A stretch of DNA of 20,000 bases. Source: an uncultured virus (IMG/VR IMGVR_UViG_3300025009_000100) (lineage: Duplodnaviria > Heunggongvirae > Uroviricota > Caudoviricetes). How positions within the stretch are numbered: the first letter of the stretch is position 1; every line of letters begins with the position of its first letter. The stretch lies in the IMG/VR virus record IMGVR_UViG_3300025009_000100, one strand, 5' to 3'. The notes beneath the pieces were generated by a model that saw only the letters and a list, made by a program, of their open reading frames with translations, did no database searches and was not told where the DNA came from. Made by a program: the position numbers and the translations under genes. Positions 1-7,222 of the stretch are shown in pieces.

Positions 1-46
1 GGACGTGGTGATGAAAAAACCTTTACTTGGAATAAAGGAGGCGGTG

Positions 47-229
47 ATGGGCGCAAACAAAATCATAACAGGTGGGTGTGATAAATGTAGAAAAGGTAAT
101 TTTTGTAATATTCACGTAGATAAATTAAAAATTAACAATTGCCCTATTTGTAAAGTTGCTAAGGTCCATCCGGGGTTGTGTTCTGATTGTTTTATAATGA
201 AAAAGTTACTATACAGGAGTTTAAAATAA
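47..229 (+). CDS. small Cys-rich hypothetical protein, putative zinc-binding
   Basis: AAGGAGG at 35-41 precedes ATG at 47 (the track starts it at 5). Contains CDKC, CNIH, CPIC and CSDC motifs. Confidence 0.5.
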   Translation: MGANKIITGGCDKCRKGNFCNIHVDKLKINNCPICKVAKVHPGLCSDCFIMKKLLYRSLK

Positions 230-232
230 TAA

Positions 233-538
233 ATGCCGAAATTTAGCCCAATAAAATTAAGCGCAATAGAAAATAGACATGGGTTTTCTTTTACTTGCCC
301 TGGGTGTAAAACTGCGCATTTTATCCAGATAAACCCTGAATTTAGCCCATGTTGGATATTCAATGGTAACATAAATAAGCCATCGGTATCCCCAAGTATT
401 TTGGTTCGTTCTGGGTATGTTGATCAAACGCCCACTACACGGTGCCACTCTTTTATTACGAATGGGCAAATCCAATTTCTTGGGGATTGTACCCATGCGC
501 TGAAAGGGCAAACGGTTGATTTACCAGATTGGGAATAA
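233..538 (+). CDS. DUF6527-family Cys/His metal-binding protein
   Basis: Motifs FTCPGCKTAH, WIFNGNINKPSVSPSIL and CHSFITNGQIQFLGDCTHALKGQTVDLPDW match this family as I recall it. Confidence 0.75.
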   Translation: MPKFSPIKLSAIENRHGFSFTCPGCKTAHFIQINPEFSPCWIFNGNINKPSVSPSILVRSGYVDQTPTTRCHSFITNGQIQFLGDCTHALKGQTVDLPDWE

Positions 539-558
539 ATATTAAATAGGAGGAATAA

Positions 559-759
559 ATGAAAAGAAAAGAGACTGAAAGTTTTGAAGAATACAAACAA
601 AGACGAATAGAGGCCCGGTTGGTGCAGGAAACAATGCTTAATGGGGTATTTAAGTCAAAGGGAAATACCCAACCAGTATATGCCTCTGTCGAATATGCCA
701 AACGGAAATACCAAAGGCTGATGCAGAAGCTCAATAGAAGAAAAGGAGTGCCGGCATGA
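559..759 (+). CDS. small basic hypothetical phage protein
   Basis: Strong RBS (AGGAGGA) upstream of ATG. Its stop overlaps the portal start (ATGA). Confidence 0.7.
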   Translation: MKRKETESFEEYKQRRIEARLVQETMLNGVFKSKGNTQPVYASVEYAKRKYQRLMQKLNRRKGVPA

Positions 760-3044
760 AAGTAAACCGAAAGAATTTACCTGCCCCTGAACCTGACCCC
801 CAGCAGCAGATCCAGGTATTGCAGCAGCAATTAACAAATAATAGCATCCTTATGGCCCGGATGCAGTTCGCTTTTGAATTGGGGGTTACATTCGGAGGGG
901 CCAGAAACCTTTACCAAGTCCTTGGGTACAAGAAACAACTTACTTTCCAGGATTATTACCTTCAGTACCAGCGGGAGGATTTGGGCAAAGTCGTCATTGA
1001 TAAAGTAGTAAATGGCTGCTGGGCGAATAAGCCCCAATTAAAAGACGAAACAGGCACGGATGAATCACCCTTTGAAAAGGAATACGATGCTTTTGCCAAG
1101 CAATTTAAGCTTTACAGCATCCTGAATCGCTTGGATAAACTCCTGGGTTTGGGGGATTATGCTGTGTTACTCCTGGGATTTGATGACAACCTGGACTTTT
1201 CCCAGCCGGTGCAGCCCAATGCACAAATCAAATATTTGCAGCCTTATTCCTGCAACTCAGCAACCATCACCTCATTTGAGAGTGATAAAACCTCCGAGAG
1301 ATTTGGCAAGCCCGTGATGTACCAAATCCAGGTAAACCATGAAACGAGTTCTTTTGACAGGGAAAAGACATTAACGACAATCACCATCCAGTGTCATTAT
1401 ACTCGGTTGATCCATGTTGTGGAAGACCCCCTGGAATCCAGTATATACGGAACCCCCAGAATGCAGTCGGTTTTTAATCGGTTACAGGACGTCCAGAAGA
1501 TTCTGGGGGGAAGTGCTGAGTCTTATTGGAAAAACGTGTCTCCCGGGCGAGTAGCAAAGCTGGATAAAGACACAACTTTACTCCCGGGGGATAAAGAGGA
1601 CTTAAAGACCCAATTTGATGAATACGATCACAACCTCAGGAGATGGCTGCGTGTCCGTGGAATGGATATTCAGGAATTATCCACCACAATTGCAGACCCT
1701 GAAAAAGCAATGGAAGTGCAAATTAATGTGATCTCTGCTGCAACTGGCATTCCTAAAAGAATACTGATGGGGTCCGAGAGAGGGGAACTGGCTTCTTCAC
1801 AGGATGAAAAGGCATGGAACTCACTATTATATAATAGGATGGTAAACTTCTGCGAGCCTTGCATCCTCCGACCTTTGGTGGATAGCCTCATTGAGCACAA
1901 AAGTATCCCAGACCCAGTGGGAGGATATATTGTTGAGTGGCCGAAGATGTCTGCTTTGGGAGAAAAGGAAGTTGCAGAAATAGGCTCTTCAAAGATGGAA
2001 GCCATGAGTAAATACTTGGCTGCTCCTGGTGGTACTGATATTCTGCCTTTGGAAATCTTCTTCCGGGATATTATTTCTTTACCGGAAGATACCGTAAAAG
2101 AAATTATGCTGAAGATTGAGGACGCAGGCGGGATTGAGGCATTGGAAGAAAAGATGAACCCGGAACCAGAAGAACTTGACCCTGATAAAGTTACTGACAA
2201 TCTTTTATCCGTTTTGGGTGGGTCTGGCAGTGGTAACCATGGACATGCAGGAAGGCCAGGTAAGGTTGGAGGCAGCAGCATTGGAAGTAAAGGGAGTGGT
2301 AAATCTGCGGACAAGCCGGCAGATAAGCAAGAGAAAAGCACTCTCTCCGGAGAGCAAACGAAACGGGTAAGCAGAACTACAAAATTGGATAAACCAACCA
2401 TCACCGTAAAACCCGTGGCGTCAAAACCACCCAAGCCAGAAAAGGACGTAAATCAATTTGTTGGTTTGTCTGTTAAACAAGGCACAAAAGACCCCAAAAC
2501 AGCCAAAGCGTTAAACGAAATAAATTCGCATATGGAAGAGGTTTTATCCCGTAGGCCTGGGTTAAAAAATATATTGGATGATATGGGGCCACCGACTGAA
2601 TTGGTATTAGAAAAAGGGACACATGTGAAATACACCAATTCAGAAGGGCAAAAAAGAACGACACTGGGACTATACCGGCCAAAAGAAGACACCTTGCATA
2701 TCCCAATAGAAGGTGGTTCAAAAGACATTGCAAAGGCATTTGTTTTGGGTACTAAAGCATATACAGTCGGGGGGAATGGGGCAATGGCTACTGTCCGGCA
2801 CGAATTTGGCCACGCTGTTTTAGCAAAAAGCCCAGAGATAAAAACAGCTTTTATACTTCAGGTATGGAAAAATAATAATAACGGAAAAGTTGCATTTTCT
2901 GGGGTCAGCCGGTACGCAACGCTTAATGCATCAGAAGCTTTTGCTGAAGCCTTTTCTGCCTGGTCTTCTCCATACTATAATACTGGGAAAGGAACAACGT
3001 TACCTAAAAATATTGAACAGTGGTTTGATAATAATTTAAAATAG
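756..3044 (+). CDS. portal protein (DUF1073 type) with C-terminal extension: Gly/His peptide motif, Lys-rich linker and HExxH zinc metallopeptidase domain
   Basis: The N-terminal ~465 aa carry portal motifs (RLDKLLGLGDYAVLLLG, ERFGKPVMYQI, HYTRLIH, ISAATGIPKRILMGSERGELASSQDEKAW, ILRPLVD, YIVEWP), and the gene lies upstream of MuF and the protease. HEFGH at 2799-2813 is followed by VSRYATLNASEAFAEAF. Confidence 0.9.
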   Translation: MKVNRKNLPAPEPDPQQQIQVLQQQLTNNSILMARMQFAFELGVTFGGARNLYQVLGYKKQLTFQDYYLQYQREDLGKVVIDKVVNGCWANKPQLKDETGTDESPFEKEYDAFAKQFKLYSILNRLDKLLGLGDYAVLLLGFDDNLDFSQPVQPNAQIKYLQPYSCNSATITSFESDKTSERFGKPVMYQIQVNHETSSFDREKTLTTITIQCHYTRLIHVVEDPLESSIYGTPRMQSVFNRLQDVQKILGGSAESYWKNVSPGRVAKLDKDTTLLPGDKEDLKTQFDEYDHNLRRWLRVRGMDIQELSTTIADPEKAMEVQINVISAATGIPKRILMGSERGELASSQDEKAWNSLLYNRMVNFCEPCILRPLVDSLIEHKSIPDPVGGYIVEWPKMSALGEKEVAEIGSSKMEAMSKYLAAPGGTDILPLEIFFRDIISLPEDTVKEIMLKIEDAGGIEALEEKMNPEPEELDPDKVTDNLLSVLGGSGSGNHGHAGRPGKVGGSSIGSKGSGKSADKPADKQEKSTLSGEQTKRVSRTTKLDKPTITVKPVASKPPKPEKDVNQFVGLSVKQGTKDPKTAKALNEINSHMEEVLSRRPGLKNILDDMGPPTELVLEKGTHVKYTNSEGQKRTTLGLYRPKEDTLHIPIEGGSKDIAKAFVLGTKAYTVGGNGAMATVRHEFGHAVLAKSPEIKTAFILQVWKNNNNGKVAFSGVSRYATLNASEAFAEAFSAWSSPYYNTGKGTTLPKNIEQWFDNNLK
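2205..2276 (+). repeat. copy 1 of 24-aa peptide motif LSVLGGSGSGNHGHAGRPGKVGGS (inside portal gene)
   Basis: 20/24 aa identical to the copy at 3310-3381. Confidence 0.95.
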
Positions 3045-3069
3045 CACGTATAGCGTAGGGGGAAGCGAG

Positions 3070-3411
3070 ATGATACAAGAACCAAATTGTTTTAAAAGAG
3101 GTTGTATTCATAATATCAGGGTAGAACAGCCGGATGGAACTGAAGAAACGGAAGTAAATGCATGTGATGCATACCCGGATGGAATACCAGAAGAAATTGC
3201 ATACGGAGATGAATTGCATTTAGAAGTCCGGGATGACCAGGATAATGATATTGTGTTTGAGGAAGATACAGCATCAAAAAAAGTAATGGCCAACGAGACT
3301 AATGAAGAACTGTCCATACTCGGTGGCTCTGGCAGTGGACATTACGGGCATGCGGGGAGGCCTGGTAAGAGAGGTGGATCAGTAACAGGCGGAGGAGGAG
3401 GTACTCCCTGA
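3070..3411 (+). CDS. small acidic Cys/His protein (C-x4-C-x-H...CDAYPDGIP...H...QD..IVFE), putative immunity/partner protein, ending in the Gly/His peptide motif
   Basis: Purine-rich RBS (AGGGGGAAG). The C.A[FY]P.GIP motif resembles small proteins that follow toxin domains in phage head modules. The frame continues past the TGA to 3855. Confidence 0.75.
   Translation: MIQEPNCFKRGCIHNIRVEQPDGTEETEVNACDAYPDGIPEEIAYGDELHLEVRDDQDNDIVFEEDTASKKVMANETNEELSILGGSGSGHYGHAGRPGKRGGSVTGGGGGTP
3310..3381 (+). repeat. copy 2 of 24-aa peptide motif LSILGGSGSGHYGHAGRPGKRGGS
   Basis: 20/24 aa identical to the copy at 2205-2276. Confidence 0.95.
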
Positions 3412-3855
3412 GTTGCAGAAAAAAATGGCAAGAAGGATTTCGATAACACCCAAGCAGTTATTAACGACATCCATAGTAGGGTTGACTCCAAGGATGGTTT
3501 GGTGTATGGTTTACGGGTTATCCCGGGAGAGGCTGGCTACACCCCAAAGATAGGTGATATTCAGCGCCCGTCAAAAAAATGGGTGAATGGGTATGAAACA
3601 GATATTGATTTGCTGGGAACCAGTGCCGCATTAGTAAAAAAGAATAAAATTGAGCAAGCTTTAAAAGATATTGGGGTGATAGCTGGCGGTCAAAATGGGT
3701 ATTATTTTGGGGATACCGTTGTACTTATAAAAGGGAGAAAGGCCAAGTCAGGTGAAGATGTTGGGGAAATACTATTAAAATCTCCTGAGATTGTAGCTGT
3801 GTATAAAAAACAATCTAAAGGTGAATCCAATATAACTAAGCGTGTATTACCATAA
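3412..3855 (+). CDS. putative ADP-ribosyltransferase-fold domain; in-frame continuation of 3070-3411 after one TGA (alternative own start TTG 3499/GTG 3502)
   Basis: The frame is open from 3412 to TAA at 3855. YGLR...GTSA...GEDVGEILL resembles the R-S-E catalytic pattern. Confidence 0.55.
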   Translation, partial: VAEKNGKKDFDNTQAVINDIHSRVDSKDGLVYGLRVIPGEAGYTPKIGDIQRPSKKWVNGYETDIDLLGTSAALVKKNKIEQALKDIGVIAGGQNGYYFGDTVVLIKGRKAKSGEDVGEILLKSPEIVAVYKKQSKGESNITKRVLP

Positions 3856-3873
3856 TCAGTTAAGGAATAAACG

Positions 3874-4842
3874 ATGTTAAGTCAATATCAGCCTCATGTG
3901 CATGCGCTGCCAATATTGCCCAAAATGCCCAGGATCTCAGTGAATGCAGCCTTCCGGAGAGACCCCACAAGGACTTTATCTCTCCGGAACCAATTCAGTG
4001 CCCAAATGAAAATGCGGTTCAAGAAACTCAAGCAATTAATCCAGACAAGCGTATTGGACAATGATTGTTTTGGGCTGAATATTAACTGGGCACAGGGGCC
4101 TTATGATCCTTTTACCAGGAACCAAGCCCTCACTGATCAAATATTTGCCTTTGAAAGAAACCCAGCCAAAGTAACCAAATTTATGGAATGGCTGCAAGAG
4201 CAAATAGAGAATGAAGTCCTGGAAACAATCCCTGGCCAGCAATTAGGGCAAGCGGTAGAAGCAGCATGGACAAATACTTATATCCAAACAGCATATCAAA
4301 AAGGGATGCTCCGGGGCCGGCAAGAACTCAAAGGTAATTCTATAACCGGGTACCAAGACATCCCACCGTATGGCTCGCAATATGGTTCTCTGCAGAAAGC
4401 GTTTAATTCTCCTTTCCACGCGGATAAGGTTGGATTAATATATACCCGAGCCTATGAGGGGTTAAAGGGCATTACCAATGAAATGAGTAAGCAGATTTCA
4501 GGGGTTTTAGCCCAGGGCATATCGGAAGGCTGGAACCCTAAAAAGATTGCAGAGAATCTAACAGACCGTGTTGATAAAATAGGGATTACCAGGGCAACTA
4601 TATTGGCCAGGACAGAAGTAATAAGGGCGCATCATGTTGCTATAGTACAGGAATACAAGAACTGGGGCGTCCAGGGTGTTATTGTTCAGGCAGAATGGAC
4701 AACCGCAGGAGACAGCCGGGTATGTCCTATTTGTTCTTCCTTGCAAGGAAAGGTTTATACTTTAGAACAAATTGAGCCACTAATTCCTCGGCACCCGCAG
4801 TGCAGGTGTCTTGCGTTGCCTGTGGATGTTACGGATAAATAA
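3874..4842 (+). CDS. phage head morphogenesis / minor head protein (MuF, SPP1 gp7 family), with no C-terminal toxin extension
   Basis: RATILARTEVIRAH, EWTTAGDSRVCPIC and IPRHPQCRC are hallmark Phage_Mu_F motifs. The protein ends just after HPQCRC. Confidence 0.92.
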   Translation: MLSQYQPHVHALPILPKMPRISVNAAFRRDPTRTLSLRNQFSAQMKMRFKKLKQLIQTSVLDNDCFGLNINWAQGPYDPFTRNQALTDQIFAFERNPAKVTKFMEWLQEQIENEVLETIPGQQLGQAVEAAWTNTYIQTAYQKGMLRGRQELKGNSITGYQDIPPYGSQYGSLQKAFNSPFHADKVGLIYTRAYEGLKGITNEMSKQISGVLAQGISEGWNPKKIAENLTDRVDKIGITRATILARTEVIRAHHVAIVQEYKNWGVQGVIVQAEWTTAGDSRVCPICSSLQGKVYTLEQIEPLIPRHPQCRCLALPVDVTDK

Positions 4843-4975
4843 TCCTACCTTAATAAATTCAATAATCCCACCAATAAAATAAGTCCTACTTAATTAAAGG
4901 TTTTTTATAAAAATTAAGTAGGGCTTAAATTTTTTAAAAATTTCTCTTTTAATTTTTTTTATAAAAGGTTATAAA
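4838..4975. promoter_or_regulatory. AT-rich intergenic control region with a 16-bp inverted repeat and palindromes (terminator/operator/late-promoter candidate)
   Basis: Arms TAAGTCCTACTTAATT (4880-4895) and AATTAAGTAGGGCTTA (4912-4927). TTTTATAAAA occurs at 4903-4912 and 4957-4966. This is the largest non-coding gap in the window. Confidence 0.5.
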
Positions 4976-5043
4976 CAAGCCATTAAAGTCAAATTTATTT
5001 TTGATTACCGAACCTTACGTAAGAAAATGAGAGGGAACATGTA

Positions 5044-6597
5044 GTGAATCTACCCAATTTACAAAGTATCTTAACTCAAAATCAGCAAGTTCAGTCCAGG
5101 CAGGAAACATTGGATAATATTATTTATTCGGTGTTTCCTGTAGTCATGTTGACAGAAGGCGTCCATGCTGGTTCCGGTGGCCCTGTTCTTTACACTGCGC
5201 AAACCCTTGCCAATTTCCACCAAACCTGGAATGGCACCCCTGTTACATTAAAACACCCTGATCTCAATGGCACCCCTGTCAGCGCAAACCAGCCTGAAAT
5301 CTATAAAACCCAAGTTGTCGGTACCGTATTTAATACCACCTTCCAAGACAATAAACTGAAAGCGGAACTTTGGTTGAACGAGCAGAAATTGGAAATGCTT
5401 GCTCCTGGACTATTAAATGGACTCCGGGTTGGGATGAAGCTGGATGTGAGCACAGGCCTATTTGATGAAGGGCCGAAAGTTACTGGGAATTTTAACGGAC
5501 AGGATTATGTGGCGGTTGCTCACAATATCCGACCCGATCATTTGGCCCTTTTACCAGGGGAAACTGGGGCTTGTTCCTGGAAAGATGGGTGTGGCGTGAG
5601 AGCCAATATAGCGAATACCGAGAATAAAGAAGGAAAGGAGGTGAAACCAAAAATGAGAAGAAGAAAACCCCCGGTGGTTAATTCTACCGGTATCGATGAG
5701 AACACTGAATTCATCAAACAGGAAGAAGCCCTTATCCCCCTTGCCTTCACCATCAATTTCGGAGAAGAATTAATCCATCCTTCTGAGAACAAAGCGAAAG
5801 ACCCCCAATCGTACCAAGGGATTATGGACGCTTTACGTGCAGCCCTTTATCCTAATGATATTAATGGTGAAGTATACCATTATATAAGGGCAGCGTATCC
5901 GGATTACATCGTGTATGAGAGGGAATCTAAATTCACTGGCACAAAGCTTTTCAAAAAAGAATACAAAATGATGGATGGTAAGGTGGAATGGACTTCCGAG
6001 CCAGTTGAGGTTCAGCAGGAAATTACGTACAAAGAAATTCAAACCAATGTAACAGCAAACGAAATAAATAACAAGAAGAACGAGGAGAACGAAATGAAGA
6101 CAATGCGTGAATGTTGCCCGGCAAAGGTCGATGAGCTGATCAAGGCCAATGCCAAATTCCAGGAAACGGACAAAGAGATGCTCCTGAATATGTCAGAAGA
6201 TGCTTTTGCCCGTGTTATTGACCTGTCCGCCCCCACTGTTGTGGAAAAGGAAGTGGTCAAGGTCGTTGAAAAAGAAGTCAAGGTCAATGCAGAATCCAAA
6301 ACCTTTGATGAACTGCTGGCAAATGCAGACCCCAAGCTTCAGGAATCCATCCAGCACGGACAGCGTCTTGTTGCCCAGGAAAGAGAAAACCTGGTTTCCC
6401 GGATCAAAACCAATAAGGCCAATTCCTTCAGCGATGATGAATTGAAGGCTTTCAGCCTGGATATGCTTGGTAAACTCGCTGCCATGGTTCCCGCGCCCGT
6501 AAATTGGGCCGGCAACGGCGGTGCCCGGCAGGTTATCAATTCCGAAGGGGTTGAACCCCTCCCTGAACTGGAAGACGCCTGGAAAGACGCAAAATAA
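5044..6597 (+). CDS. prohead maturation protease (DUF2213 type) fused to scaffold region
   Basis: Motifs WNGTPVTLKHP, LDVSTG and NIRPDHLALLPGETGACSWKDGCGVRAN, plus a helical charged C-terminal part. Lies between MuF and decoration/capsid genes. GTG start with GAGGGA RBS. Confidence 0.85.
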   Translation: MNLPNLQSILTQNQQVQSRQETLDNIIYSVFPVVMLTEGVHAGSGGPVLYTAQTLANFHQTWNGTPVTLKHPDLNGTPVSANQPEIYKTQVVGTVFNTTFQDNKLKAELWLNEQKLEMLAPGLLNGLRVGMKLDVSTGLFDEGPKVTGNFNGQDYVAVAHNIRPDHLALLPGETGACSWKDGCGVRANIANTENKEGKEVKPKMRRRKPPVVNSTGIDENTEFIKQEEALIPLAFTINFGEELIHPSENKAKDPQSYQGIMDALRAALYPNDINGEVYHYIRAAYPDYIVYERESKFTGTKLFKKEYKMMDGKVEWTSEPVEVQQEITYKEIQTNVTANEINNKKNEENEMKTMRECCPAKVDELIKANAKFQETDKEMLLNMSEDAFARVIDLSAPTVVEKEVVKVVEKEVKVNAESKTFDELLANADPKLQESIQHGQRLVAQERENLVSRIKTNKANSFSDDELKAFSLDMLGKLAAMVPAPVNWAGNGGARQVINSEGVEPLPELEDAWKDAK

Positions 6598-6656
6598 CCC
6601 TGTGGATTTGCATTGAACAACCAAATACAAGATAAATAGCAATAAGGAGAAATACG

Positions 6657-7154
6657 ATGAGTTCCAAGAATACGATTTATCTGCGCCAGGGACAGTCCCA
6701 GAGAGTGCAGCTTGAACGACTGGCAAATGCGGCTTTGAAGCCCGGCCACCTTATCGAACTGATGAGCACCAATAAATTCCGGATGCATGCTACTGCTGGT
6801 GGACAGGTGTCCCCGGTAATGTTTGCCATTGAAGATGAGCTTCAGGGGAAAGACGTTGGCGATACCTATGCTGCCGGTGATAATGTTGTCGGTATTATAC
6901 CCCAGAGAGGTGATTTCATCCAGGCCTGGCTTAAAAACGGCCAGAATGCCTCCATCGGTTCCAGGTTGGAAAGCGCAGGGGCTGGCCTGCTCCAGGTACA
7001 CGTTGCGGATGATTCAAATGACCCACATTTGACGGAACAGATCGTTGGCATTGCAATGGAAGCGGCCAACCTTTCCTCCTCTTCCGGAGCAGATGCTGCA
7101 ATCGGTACCACTGATGGCGCCGGCAACGTAGCTGTTTGGATTATGATTATCTAA
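6657..7154 (+). CDS. head decoration / capsid cement protein
   Basis: Small Ala/Gly-rich beta-type protein between scaffold and MCP (LKPGHLIE, YAAGDNV, IGSRLESAGAGLL, VGIAMEA). RBS AAGGAG. Confidence 0.75.
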   Translation: MSSKNTIYLRQGQSQRVQLERLANAALKPGHLIELMSTNKFRMHATAGGQVSPVMFAIEDELQGKDVGDTYAAGDNVVGIIPQRGDFIQAWLKNGQNASIGSRLESAGAGLLQVHVADDSNDPHLTEQIVGIAMEAANLSSSSGADAAIGTTDGAGNVAVWIMII

Positions 7155-7222
7155 TCCAAAGTAAGATTTACTGAGACACAGAATAAATTAAATTGAAACA
7201 TAAATGTACAAGGAGAAAATAG

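Noticed and set aside
1..81. Possible 3' end of an upstream gene such as terminase (frame 1 open to TGA at 79-81)
   Set aside because: Too short, with no diagnostic motif.
756..2160. Anti-CBASS Acb1 label often attached to DUF1073 proteins
   Set aside because: No 2H-phosphoesterase HxT/HxS pair is recognisable. Motifs and position indicate a portal.
1670..2434. Long minus-strand ORFs (1670-2434, 6339-7001, 8553-9218, 17908-18354 and others)
   Set aside because: They are antisense shadows of well-supported plus-strand genes, with no recognisable motifs.
3409..3411. Selenocysteine or genome-wide TGA reassignment
   Set aside because: I see no convincing SECIS-like hairpin directly downstream, and the codon is in a Gly-rich linker. 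TGA clearly terminates other genes (759, 8868, 10359, 11330, 13917, 15060) with coupled restarts.
3406..3553. +1 frameshift at CCC-TGA (a known shift-prone context in some phage structural genes)
   Set aside because: The +1 frame closes at TAG 3551-3553 after ~48 unremarkable codons, whereas the 0 frame continues into a protein-like 147-codon domain. Not excluded, but less parsimonious.
5230..5280. Duplicated AATGGCACCCCTGT (NGTPV twice) in the protease gene
   Set aside because: A short in-frame repeat within a conserved domain, with no sign of a mobile or regulatory role.
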